A DNA stretch of 64,000 bases from Octopus vulgaris (taxonomy: Eukaryota): assembly GCA_951406725.2 (NCBI GenBank), contig OX597827.1, forward strand, positions 3,968,001 to 4,032,000, read 5' to 3'. Made by a program: the position numbers and the translations under genes. Each line of letters begins with the position of its first letter. Positions within the stretch are counted from its first letter, which is position 1. Below, piece after piece: positions 42,908 through 55,930 of the stretch. Under the pieces are notes generated by a model. That model saw nothing but the letters and a program-made list of their open reading frames with translations, had not been told where the DNA came from and searched no databases.

Positions 42908-43090
42908 ATGTTGATAAAACTGATGATAACAGTGATGCTCATGATAATGATGGTAATGATGATGATGACAATGATGATGATAATGGTGATGATGATGATG
43001 ATGATGATGATGCTGATGATGAGGATGATGACGATGATGATGATGGTGATGATTAGGATGATGATGATGAGGAGGAGGAGGAGGATAAAT
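42715..43090. repeat. (GAT)n-rich trinucleotide region
   Basis: Direct reading. Confidence 0.9.
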
Positions 43091-43552
43091 AATGATCTGA
43101 CAAGCTGGAGAAGTACACACACAGACATAGAATGCACTAGTTTATTAAGGCCTGCTTAGTGGTTTCTGGCTCCAAAGTTTCCTTGCAAGCAGCTTCTTCT
43201 TCAGACAGTTTGGGCTTGTCTGAAGATTGACAGGTAACTAGACTGGTCCGAATAAACTACATACACACACTAACACATGCACACACACACATCGATGCAC
43301 ACATGCACACACACACATCGATGCACACATGCACACACACACACACACAAAACTGTCAGGCTGAATAAACTTGAATTTTCAGAAAAAAAGAAAAATCAAC
43401 CAACTCTCACATTACTAATGCAATCTGTAAGCGGTACAGTAAAAGTATACAAGACTTTTGCTATTTACATTCCAGCAATGGGTTAAATGATTTAAATACT
43501 TAAGAACAGGAAAGACCATATACAGAGTACAGAAGGTCTGGAATTCAGACCT

Positions 43553-43785
43553 AAGTCAGCGGGCTGGCAGAAACGTTAGCACACTGGGCGAAATGCTTAG
43601 CAGTATTTCATCTGCTGTTACGTTCTGAGTTCAAATTCCGCCGAGGTCGACTTTGCCTTCAATCCTTTCGGGGTCGATTAAATAAGTACCAGTTACACGC
43701 TGGGGTTGATATAATCAACTTAATCCATTTGTCTGCCCTTGTTTGTCCCCTCTATGTGTAGCCCCTTGTGGGCAATAAAGAAATA
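43553..43785 (+). mobile_element. tRNA SINE with 22-bp TSD
   Basis: TSD AGAAGGTCTGGAATTCAGACCT at 43531-43552 and 43786-43807. B-box GAGTTCAAATTCC. Confidence 0.92.
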
Positions 43786-44014
43786 AGAAGGTCTGGAATT
43801 CAGACCTGTCCACAGCCAAATAAACCATATCCCACAGTGCTTTCATGGTGCCTGCCCCAGTGCCAACATTTGGTATACTAGACTGGACACTCAAAGAAAT
43901 CCACAACCATGACATCAAAACTACAACCACTGGTAACTTTCATGCTGACAGTGACATTGACAGGATCTTTATAAAATGGAGGTAGAGCATAAGATCAGTC
44001 CAGGTAGCCCTTAA

Positions 44015-44188
44015 GTCTCTCCCTTTTTCATCCTATCTCTCTTCCTCACATAGATTCTCCCTTTGTCTCTCTCTCTCTCTGGACCCTTCCTTATACACAA
44101 CTGCACACACACACACCATCCCTAAACACACATGTATACAGTCTTTCAGTTATTCCATTTGTTTTTCTTTTTTCCTACTCCTTCTATA
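44015..44188 (-). other. Inverted copy of 41629-41802 flanked by a 21-bp direct repeat
   Basis: Near-exact reverse complement. ATAAGATCAGTCCAGGTAGCC occurs at 43989-44009 and 44186-44206. Confidence 0.9.
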
Positions 44189-44241
44189 AGATCAGTCCAG
44201 GTAGCCACCAGTAAGCTTCAAATGTGATTAGTTAAAAACTT

Positions 44242-44660
44242 AAACGATTGCTGTTTGGAATACCAATTGTATGGTGGGAGAAGAAGGTGGTGAGCTGGCA
44301 GAGACGTTAGCACGCCTGGCGAAATGTGTAGCCGTATTTTGTCTGCTGTTACGTTCTGAGTTCAAATTACACCGAGGTCGACTTTGCCTTTCATCCTTTC
44401 GGGGTCGATAAATTAAGTACCAGTTACGCACTGGGGTCGATGTAATCAACTTAATCCGTGTGTCTGTCCTTGTTTGTCCACTCTATGTTTAGCCCGTAGT
44501 GGGTAGTAAAGAAATAGGTATGGTGGGAGAAGATGAACCACTATGGTGACTGCTATTCTTGTATGAGAAAAGTAGCAGGATTCAACAAGAAGACTAAAGA
44601 TTGCATAATACACCCAAATATTCTTTCAGCAATAAGACCTGTTCCACATGATAATTATCA
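44242..44660 (+). pseudogene. Fragment of a transposase-like gene interrupted by a SINE
   Basis: With the SINE and one TSD removed it reads KRLLFGIPIVWWEKMNHYGDCYSCMRKVAGFNKKTKDCIIHPNILSAIRPVPHDN. This resembles the widespread P.VWREP..H..DCYFC...YP..PSA.RPVPH transposon protein motif. Confidence 0.65.
44285..44517 (+). mobile_element. tRNA SINE with 16-bp TSD
   Basis: TSD GTATGGTGGGAGAAGA at 44269-44284 and 44518-44533. Confidence 0.92.
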
Positions 44661-45714
44661 TGGGCCATGCTGGGCTAAATAACAATGGATCAGCATAAAA
44701 ACCTAGAAAAACTGGAGTCCTTCAAAAAAGAACAAACCAAATTAATCTGTGTTCTCCAGATATCAGCAACCAGTAGTACAGTTAAAACTTGTAAAATGTT
44801 CCAGAGATTCTCCATGTGAATTTCCCAGGCTAAACATGAAAAACATGCCTCACAGCACCATGTGAATTTGGAGGAGGGTAGATATATGCACAAATCATCA
44901 TATACACATGGAATGCATGAATGCACATGTATAAGAGTGAAGCACAAACACTTGTGTATTAAAGAGTTAAGTGTTTGCATTATTCTGCCAAAACTAATGC
45001 TTTTTTATCCACATTGTTTTGAACTAATCATGCATTATCTTGCAGTTATGAGATTTTGATGAGGTAGCTGTTTATTTTTAAGATGATATTGTAGGGTTGG
45101 TGTGAGAGACCAGATCTGGCCAGTTTGAACATAGAACATGTAGAATACTTTTGGCTGGTTTAAATGCTAATGGGTTAAAGAGTTAAGTGTGAAGCACAGA
45201 CACTTATATGGTAAAATGAAATGAATATCCACTGCAAAAATGTGCAAGTTATCCATGAGATCAAACGTGCATATGTATATACACACATCAACAGTTTCAG
45301 ATGTTCACAACATTTCAACACTTCTCTTAAATAAAACAAAAGAGCTTTGCCACCTGGTTGATGACAAGCTTGAATTCTCCAAATGAAAAAATCCTAAAGA
45401 AAACACATATATACACACATATATGTACATATATACACACATAATGTGTGTGCACATATGTATACATGTATGGATCTTTGTGTGTATGTGTGTGCATATA
45501 TGTATGTGTATGTATGCATATATGTGTATGTGTGTGTGTGTGTGACAGGCTTGCAGACAGATTACATCTAACAATTTTCTTCCACTAACAAGACATTGGT
45601 CAACCCAAGGCTATTGGAGAAGTCACTGGTCAGTGGTGCTGTACTCTGGGATCAAAGCTGGAGCCATCTGGCTTCTGAAGAGAACTTCTTAACAACACAA
45701 CCAGGCCCAACACA

Positions 45715-46660
45715 TACTGATGATGATGGTGATGATGGCAACATTGATGATATTGTTGATAATGATGGTGATAGTGATGATGATGATGATGGTCATGGTG
45801 GTAGTGATGTTTGTGGTGGTGGTAGTGTTGCAATAATACGGATGATGGTGGTGCTGGTGTTGGTATTGGTAATGATGAAGATGAAGAGACAATGGAAGAG
45901 CAGAAGACCAGTAATAGTAGTGGTGGTCATGGTGACACGAAGAGAAGGAATGATATACCTAGGCTGGTGGTCATTGACATGAAGCTACAGTGGCAGTGGT
46001 AGTGTTAATGTTGTTACTGGTGTTGGTGTTGGTGGTGGTGGAGGTGATGGTAGTGGTGGTCACGGTGGCGGCAGCAGTGGTAGTGGTGGAGGTGTTGGTG
46101 GTGTTGGTGGTGCTGTGTGGTGGTGGTGTTGGTGGAGGTTGTGGTGGTGGTGGTGGTGGTGGTGGCGGATAGGTTGTTGTATTGTTGATGGTAGTTATGG
46201 ATATGTCGGAGGTGGTGGTGATGATATTGGTTTTTATGTGGTGGTGGTGGTGGTGCTGCTGCTGCTATTGGTGTTGTGGTGTTAGTGGTAGGAAATAGTG
46301 TGAAAGTGATGGTAGATGAGATGGTGGAGATGGTGTTGGCATTTGTAGTGGTGATGGTGGTTGATTGTCGTAGTGGTGATAGTAGTTGTTGCAGAGGAGG
46401 TAGTAATGGTATTGCTGTTAGCTGAGGTGATGGTGGTGGTAGTGGTGGTGGAAGTGGTTGTAATAGTAGTGGTAGAAGCCGTAGTAGTGGAATTGGTGAA
46501 AAAGGTATTGATGTTATTTGTGATGGTGGTGGTGGTGGTCGTCGTCGTGGTGATGATAGTGACAGTGGTATTTGTAGTGATGGTCATCACAGTATTAGCA
46601 GTTGAGGTGGTGGTGGTGGTAGTAGGTGGGGAGGGTGGTGGTGGTGGTGGTAACAGTAGA
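45715..46660. repeat. Degenerate (GGT/GAT/AGT)n low-complexity region
   Basis: Direct reading. Confidence 0.9.
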
Positions 46661-47146
46661 GTCTGAAGATGGATGGTGCTGATTCCTTACACGATACATA
46701 TAAATCAAAGAGCTCAGATAGATTATATTAGCAAGACGCTGCTTTAATCATTTGGTCTCTTAGATGTGTTTCCAGCAGCAGAGAGTCAGAAGTTTTCCAT
46801 ATATTTCTGAAACTGAAGACCAAACAACAAACATATTGCTGGCTGCTGGCACTATACAACTAATGGCATCAAACTTAACTTACAAATTACTCCTCTGATT
46901 TTAGCACACACAATGCCACATATGCATATACACACAGCAACAAACGTGCACACATATGCACCACACAATAAACATACATATACACAAACAACACACATAT
47001 GCAACACATACATACATGTACACATACATGTATACATACACGCATACAGACACACCCAGATGGGTTTCATATTGATATTTCAATTTGTGTGTGTATATCT
47101 TTGCTTGTCTCTGTGTGTGCATGTATATGCATACATACATACATAC

Positions 47147-47177
<31 letters not shown>

Positions 47178-47208
47178 CACATATATATTATTATACATAT
47201 ATATTATT

Positions 47209-47251
<43 letters not shown>

Positions 47252-47391
47252 TATGTATATATATATGTATGTATGTATGTATGAATGTATATAGCTATAT
47301 CTATATATGCATACATGTGTGTGTATATATATATATACATATATACACATACAAATATACATATATGTGTACATATATGTATTTATCTATA

Positions 47392-47422
<31 letters not shown>

Positions 47423-47809
47423 TCATGCATATGTATATATGTATATATTATGTATGTTTTGCCTTTTATCTTTTATCTTTTACTTGCTTCAGTCATTAGA
47501 CTGCGGCCATGCTGGGGCATCACCTTGAAGAATTTCTAGTGGAATCAATCGACCAACAAAATAGAACTAAAAACGAGAGTATATATAAATATATATGTGT
47601 GTTTTTTATTAACTGACTGAGTTTACAAGGTGATTCAAGGGTTGAGAGTTTTGCGCATAGATCAGAAGATAAGTGCCAATGCACTAAACTCTCAGCCCTT
47701 GAGTTACTGTCTCTCTCTTGTGCCAATTATATATATATATATATATATAGATAAATAAATAGATAGAGAGATAGACAGATAGATATAGATATATACATCC
47801 ATACATACA

Positions 47810-47847
<38 letters not shown>

Positions 47848-47849
<2 letters not shown>

Positions 47850-49983
47850 GAGGTGGGCACCATCAATCGAAAATTTAACTTTGTTAACCATTAATCTGTT
47901 AACGTTAACGTTTATTGAAAAAAGGCTTAACTATAGTTTAATACCCCACTGAATTTGGTGCCTCATAACTTCCAGAAAAATCGATACTTTTTAAAGAAAC
48001 TTTCACCAAATAATCGCTTATATCCTTTAGATAGAGTATATCTAAAAATTTGCAGGGAAAAATTTTCTGAGAGGCTGAGGAGAGGAGTTTCAGAAAATTC
48101 ACAGAACCTGATATTTTCCCTCTTACAACTTTCTGGAAAATAGGAATTTTTTAATGAAATTTTATACAAATACCTTTCAAACAGTGTGGATTACGATTAC
48201 AAAGAAATTTGTAGACAAAATTTGGGGGAGTAGTGGGGAGAGGTTTCTGGAAAATGGAGTTTCAGATCAGACAGCCCACATATGTTGGAATTTCTCGATT
48301 TTGACGGGGATTTTTTCCACTTTTTTCCACCAAAGTCTTCGAATAATGGGAGGCATCTTTTCATGAAAAAAAACGAAAAAATTTAGAAAATTTTTTTTCA
48401 CTCCCACCACCCCAGTCCAAAACGATTTGGGCTATTTTTTTTCACTATGCCCTTAGAATCTGGGAGAGAAACATTTTCTGGTTTAAAAGAAAATTGTTAG
48501 TAATTTCAGTGGAAAATGTATGATTTAAGGGAGATCTGGCTGTTGTTTCTAGCACATCCCAAAACCTTCCTCCTAGTTTCTTCCTCACTCACACATCTAT
48601 TGATAGTTTTCAAAATTTTGTTCCCCATAAACAAATTTTATGGCGTGATGATGTCAAAGTAACACATGTGTAGCACCTGCCAAGTGAGGCCGTGTTATGT
48701 ATGTGTATATGTAAGAAAAGAACACCTAAAAACATCTTTGATGTTCATATTAATCTGTCAAATGTAATGCTTATTTGTTTACATTATTTTGAATTCTTCA
48801 GGTGTCCACAATATTTGCTTGTAACTTTGTTTTTACATACAGATTTGAAATTTTGTCAGTGGGTGCTTTATATACTACTGGTTTATAGTTATGTAATTTT
48901 AGCTGATCTTGCCGAATAAATTTGACTTTTATGAGCAAGTAAATTTAATTAACTGGTGTAAAAGAAATAACATTATGGATAAACACTAAAATTGAAATTC
49001 TTAATGCACCTTGCCTGTTTGATTTGTTACTAAAATTATCCCAGATGGCAACCGACAAAAATTTTGTCACTTTTCAAGATGAGGTACATCAATTTGAATT
49101 AATTAAAATACAGATGTAATCGGTACAAGATTTTATTCATTCAGTAAATATTGCGTACCTTGGTGTGAATAACATTTTCTACAGTTTTTTTGAGTGCGTT
49201 CAACATACCTGACCTCCAAACCTGCTGCAATCCACTTTTTCCTGGAAAAGAAAAGTGGGAGGGATGGTGGGTACCTCAAAGTTTCTAACCAAGGGAGTTT
49301 TGTTTTGCGGGTCTTTTTTCTTTTCCAGATTATGTTGCAAGCTTTCGACGAATGTGGCATCTAAATCACACATAAACAGCTCCTTTTTCCAGAGAAAGGA
49401 AAGAGTTGGCTGCTATCTCTAGCATGTCCTGCTACCACATAACAGCTATTTTATTTCACACTGAAATATCTGTGTTCACACCGAAATATTTACCAACTTT
49501 TTCCTTCCATTTATTTTTTCCACTTTATGGAAGTCAATATTTTCTATGTTGACATCCACCTCAGTGAGGTCACGGATCAACTGGAAACACATCAATCACT
49601 GTACGCTCTTGACAGGACAAAGAAATTTCCTGCTGCCTTTGCAAGCAACAAGCGGGTAGATTTGGTTTCAAATCCAGGCAGGGCCAAATGGGGTCCTACA
49701 AGTTATGTATGATAATAAGTGGCGTTATATAGGGGTTGAAAGAAGGATGCATACAATAGGAAATATGCTAAGACAATCTGAAAACAATAGAAACTATTAA
49801 ATGCTTACCAGTTTTTATGAAATTTTTGTGTTAACGGACTTGAAATAATAGAAGACAAATGTAAATAAATGTGAATTAGTCTGATAATGATTTTCAAAGT
49901 TCAGTTAAAAGTTAAATTGTTAATGAAAATGTTAATTTTGTTAATCAATGATTAACGGATTAACTGATTTATGCCCAGCTCTG
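47848..49983. mobile_element. Non-autonomous hAT-like DNA transposon (~2.1 kb)
   Basis: 12-bp TIRs CAGAGGTGGGCA and TGCCCAGCTCTG, subterminal GTTAA/TTAAC repeats at both ends, microsatellite-free interior. No clear TSD. Confidence 0.7.
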
Positions 49984-50042
49984 TGTATGTATATATACAT
50001 ATGTGTGTGTGTGTGTGTGTGTGCATGTGTGTGTATATATAC

Positions 50043-50076
<34 letters not shown>

Positions 50077-50124
50077 CATCATCGTCATCATTTAACGTCC
50101 ACCTTCCATGCTAGCATGGGTGGG

Positions 50125-50163
<39 letters not shown>

Positions 50164-50327
50164 TGTATGTGTGTTTTTTCAGTGTTTACAAATAACATGG
50201 AAAAAATAGATAAATAGGTACTAAGGTAGCAAAAATCCACACAAGTACCAAGGATATAACAGCCTACTAATAAAGGTAGAAATTCCAGGTTTTTAGTGAA
50301 ATGTTTTTGAACAACATAGATAAATAA

Positions 50328-50862
50328 ATAAATGGAGTTAAACGCAGGTGTTATTCAAATCTTTAGACTTCCAACATATGTTTCGAAGAAAACATTGGTA
50401 CTATTCCAGAAGGGATAAAATGATGTAAAACAATGCAATCTTCTCATCAGGAAAAATAAAAAAGAGAAGCAAAACACATCAATAAGACATTTTAACCGAA
50501 TGTGATTTCTGCATATATGATGAAAGGAACGCAGGTACGTTATTTTTTTTAAAAAAAGCTGCTAATATATATAATGTCAAAGACAATTAATAGAAAGAGA
50601 AGGAGGAGGAGGAAAGAAATTAGCAGAAAATTAAAAGTGGAGAAATATAGTGTGATAGGTGAATAGGAATAAAGGTTAAAGGCATGGAAATAGATATATT
50701 CAGTGGGAGTGAAATGTAAGGAGACTGTTAAAGGTCCTTTTTGTACCTGATGAGAAGATTGTTTGTTTTACATTATTTTATTCCTTCTGGAATAATACCA
50801 ATGTTCTCTTCGAAACATATGTCGGAAGTATAAAGATTTGCATAATACCTGCATTTAACTCC

Positions 50863-50867
<5 letters not shown>
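50328..50867. mobile_element. Inverted PLE-type repeats (~125-bp arms), each with a long-stem-II hammerhead
   Basis: Plus strand reads CTGATGA(50747)-GAAGA..48nt..TCTTC-GAAA-CATATG-TC-GGAA. Mirror copy at 50369-50454(-). Confidence 0.78.
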
Positions 50868-50903
<36 letters not shown>

Positions 50904-51449
50904 CACACATACATACATACATACATACATACATACATACATACACACATACATATATATATACATGTGTGTGTGTGTGCATGTATACAATACGTAGTCA
51001 TTGGTTATGGTTACTCATTGGTTTTCATGTATGCTATTGCTTTTAGCAATATAGAAGATGCATCAGACCGGGTGGCCAGAGGCACAAAATCACATTTTTT
51101 TCCACTTATGAAGAGCTGACTATATGTATATCAATATACATATATACTCACATGCACACACACACACACACACACACATATTGAATGGTGGTTGCTTATT
51201 GCAATCACTTTAGCATGGAAGCATTTGACAATAATATGCTGTTTGATAACATTAACAGCGATTGCAATAAGTGGTTTCATATATATAGATACACACACTC
51301 TCATGTGGGCATGCGTATCATCATCATGATCATCATAACCACCACCACCACCACCACCACCACCACTACCACCACTACTACCACCACTATTATTATCATC
51401 ACCATCATCATCGTCATTGTCATTGTTACTATTGTCTTCATCGCTGTTG

Positions 51450-51527
<78 letters not shown>

Positions 51528-52271
51528 ATCAGCGTCATCGTTCTCATCATCCTCATCCTCCTCCTCATCATCATCATCATTTTCTTCCTCCTCCTCCTTC
51601 TCCTCATCACCATCCTTACATTGGAGGGTTTTAGTCTAACTAAATCAAGCCCAGTACTTAATTTGTTATGCCGGTCTCTTTTGCCCAAACACTAAGTTAC
51701 ACGGTTGTAGCTTCAAGTCCACTCCTGCAATCACACAATGATTGAAGGTGTGAAACTAAAACCACTTGGTTGCAAGGCAGGCTTCTTCACCACTCAGCTA
51801 CGCCTCTTTCCATCTATATTTTGCTTAAATTTATTGGAAAACTCTCAGTGAATTCATTCTTTTGTCATTACTACTCTGAGTTACACAGTCATGCACCTGA
51901 GATATTTGCTTTCAATTTTTCAAACAAATACATACATATATACATACATAAATACATACATACATGCATGCATATATACATACATATTTGCTTACATCAT
52001 ACAAGTACACAAACATATAGACATACTCATAAAATATATACAGACACATGCCTACACACACACATGTACATATATTTTTGTATGAGCTGAAATACAGAGT
52101 AATATATATACATACACACACCATATATATATATATACATATATACATATATATAAATATATATATATATATAAATACACACATATACACACATATATAC
52201 ATACATATATACATACATATATATATGCATACATATACATACATATATATATGCATACATATACACACACA

Positions 52272-52319
<48 letters not shown>

Positions 52320-53175
52320 CATATACATATATATATATATATATATATATTCACATACAGCACTCAAAGATTAACTCATGTCCTATTGAAAATATTCAAG
52401 AATGAAGAAGAAACTTAGATACATACTTTGGAGATATCAAAGAAGGACTATAGTAACAGTGAAAGACTGATATTTGTACCCTCTTTGTATGCATGTATAA
52501 ATGTGAATATATTTCCGAAAGATAAAGGGAAAGTGAGATAGGAAGAGTGAGAGAAATCAAGAGAGAGAAAGAGAGGGAGAAGGAGATAAGGAGAGAGGTG
52601 GAATGAGTGAATGAGTACAGAAGAGCTGCAGTGAAAAGGAAATTGATAGATATACAGAGATAGACAGGTAAAGCAAAAAGATAGATGGAATCAGTCAGAT
52701 ATGTTGAGGTAGATAAATAGACATTCAGACATTCAAATTGATTGTCAAAAAGATAGATATGTTCTACTTTGAGAAACATCTTGCAAATAACAGAAGAAAT
52801 AGTATAAGAAATAAATAAATGAAAACATACATAAATAAATGCCAGAGACATCTTGCATATGTATCTGTATGTGTGTGTTCAGTTGGAAGATGAAACAAAT
52901 AAAGACACACACGCGTGTGTATGTGTGTGTGTGCGTGTGTAATTGTGAGTGGTGTGCGTCTATGTATATTCACACATAAACGTACACATGTTCACACACA
53001 CGTATTCATACGCAAATATATAAAGGAAATGACTCACATCTGCTCACACATTCTTAGAATCTAAAGACACAAATCTTTCTAAGATATCACAATGCTCAAA
53101 CTGAACATTATATGTAACCAGTGTTTGAAAAATATTCTACAACTTGCAAAAGAAATGAATAGTATACTTCATGTC

Positions 53176-53222
<47 letters not shown>

Positions 53223-53571
53223 CACACAGACAGAGAAAGAGATTTTTATAAAATAAATATATATATATAAAATACCCATTGAATTAAACATTGCAATATG
53301 CATGAGGCTATATTTTATTGAATTGTATGTTAAAGTCACAACAGTGCTCAATATCTTAAGATAGAGCTAAAATTACATAAAGCGAATCCACTGTAAGTTT
53401 GATGCTATGATTTCTCTTTTTTAATTGATGATTGTGTATGTAACCTATGAAACTTTGTGATTTCAAAATCTGGAATCTCAAACATGCTTTTTAAATATGT
53501 GGTGTAGACTATGTCATTTCCAGTATATCTAAATGTTCTACAGCACTCATATATATATAACTAATAGATAT

Positions 53572-53876
<305 letters not shown>

Positions 53877-54464
53877 TGTAATGGTAGGAATATTTTGGTA
53901 GACAGATGGAAGAGCAAAAATTTCTGTGAAGTTTAAATTACAAAATATTTATTATCATGTTGTTGCACTGAATGACAGAAAAGAAGTATTCATACCAAGT
54001 GAGTTTGTGTGTCAGAAATGATAGTAGCCATGAGAGGCATAGACTGAAGTCATCATATTCAATAGTGAAAATTGAGTGGCTTGAATTCCTGCAGTAAGTT
54101 GCTTTAAGCTGGGTTAAGACCACTGACAAGCTAGTGGGCACACCGTCTATGTGTAGACAATGTCTGTCAAAGAAAAGGCACCAAAGATGAAATTGTTAAT
54201 AAGATTTCAATATGTTGGTTATCCAAAAATGTTTGTTTACAACACTGCAATTCAAATGAGTTAAATAACTGTTGGTTCTATTGTTTTCACTGGGAATACT
54301 AGCCACTGATAAAAGCAAATTGTTGATGTGTTTATCAGACACTTGAATGAGTTAGTCATTTGCTGAAATTATCAATCCTTGGCGAAATCCTGTATCTGTA
54401 GTAGCTATGAGAGGCATAGACTGTAGTGAGTTTGTGCTTGAGACTTGGACAATATTCCTGCTAC

Positions 54465-54509
<45 letters not shown>

Positions 54510-54644
54510 AACAGACAGATAGAGACAAAGACAGAGAGAGAGAAGGACACTTGGAAAAATATACTTGTGGTAATATGATTGACTATAACTGTTGAAAGCA
54601 GTGGCCTAGTATGGTTGTTGTCCAATTTCTGAAACTCAGTAAAA

Positions 54645-54941
54645 TGTATTTACGGAGATGTACTTGCATAGCAAGTGATTTGATCTGAGATCGTGTGCTT
54701 AAACGAAAACAATTGCAGCGTGGAAGGTGTTTGTAAGCCATTTAAGAAATACACAAAAGCCGTTCGATTCACTTCAACATTTAAGTTTAATTTGTCAAAA
54801 TATTTTCGTCGCTAAAATCTGCGACCTGTTCACTGACAAAAATCCGTGCTGATTTTTGTCAGTGAACAGGTCACGGATTTTAGCGACGAAAATATTTTGA
54901 CAAATTAAACTTAAATGTTGAAGTGAATCGAACGGCTTTTG
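54645..54941. mobile_element. PLE-type terminal element with near-perfect 91-bp-arm palindrome and two G3/C8 hammerhead variants
   Basis: Arms at 54754-54844 and 54851-54941 with a 6-nt spacer. Motifs at 54792-54839(-) and 54856-54903(+). Confidence 0.75.
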
Positions 54942-55480
54942 AGTAAAATGTATAACTTTCAGAAAAAGTATGAACAACACATACAGTTTCATTGGCTTTC
55001 TCCATGATTCTCTGAAACTGTCCCTAACGATAAAACAGAAATAACAGTAGTTCCTAGTTCAAATCCAGTCGAACATTTAGTACAGACTCCCAGGAATAAG
55101 AGACTGAATAATGGTTGGCTATCAAACTGATTGAAATGCTTTATACTGCATAGGATCACTGGCATGTTTGACAATAAAAATACATCAACAAATAAAAGCA
55201 AATATCCTTATTTTACTGTAAAAACTTAAATGTCAAAGTGACTGATACTGGACATTTGCACTGCAGTAGCGAAGTTGTAAAAGGTAAGCAACATTTTTTT
55301 ATTATTTTCTCTAGAACCACACTTTGCAGCCACCTGGATTTAGGTTCAGTCTTGGGCAAGTGTTTTCTACTCTAGCCCCAAGCTAGAGTAGAAGACATAC
55401 AATGCCTTGTGTCTGAATTTGGTAGATAAAAACTATCTGAAAGCCAGTTGTTTTAAATATATATATATATATATATATAT

Positions 55481-55762
55481 CACCATGATCACTGTGACCA
55501 ACCAGGCTATCAGATGTTGCTACACATTGCTGGTCACAATGTGTTTCGCATTGTTTTAGCCTTTAAGCGAGCAGGCCAACAGAAGAAAGAGTGAGAGAAA
55601 GTTGTGGCAAAAGAGTACAGCAGGGATCGCCACCACCCCCTGCCGGAGCCTCGTGGAGCTTCAGGCGTTTTCGCTCAATAAACAATTACAACACCGTGTC
55701 TGGGAATCGAAACCGCGATCTTATGACCGCGAGTCCGCTGCCCTAACCACTGGGCCTCCGCA
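55481..55762 (-). mobile_element. tRNA SINE (OR1-like head, tail type B)
   Basis: GGCCCAGTGGTTAGGGCAGCGGACTCGCGG..GGTTTCGATTCCCAG, with a tail different from 10296-10680. Confidence 0.88.
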
Positions 55763-55766
55763 TATA

Positions 55767-55838
<72 letters not shown>

Positions 55839-55879
55839 CATACATACATACATATATATATATATATACACACACACAC

Positions 55880-55920
<41 letters not shown>

Positions 55921-55930
55921 CACACGCACA

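Noticed and set aside
49133-49360. ORF within the hAT-like element as a zinc-finger/transposase remnant
   Set aside because: Only a weak PWL motif, with no recognisable CxxC or catalytic motifs in frame.
54989-55201. 70-aa non-repetitive ORF
   Set aside because: Non-ATG start, no recognisable domain or convincing splice sites.
55690-55762. tRNA gene
   Set aside because: A and B boxes are present but there is no complete acceptor stem, and it continues into a SINE body. The same applies to the other tRNA-like heads.
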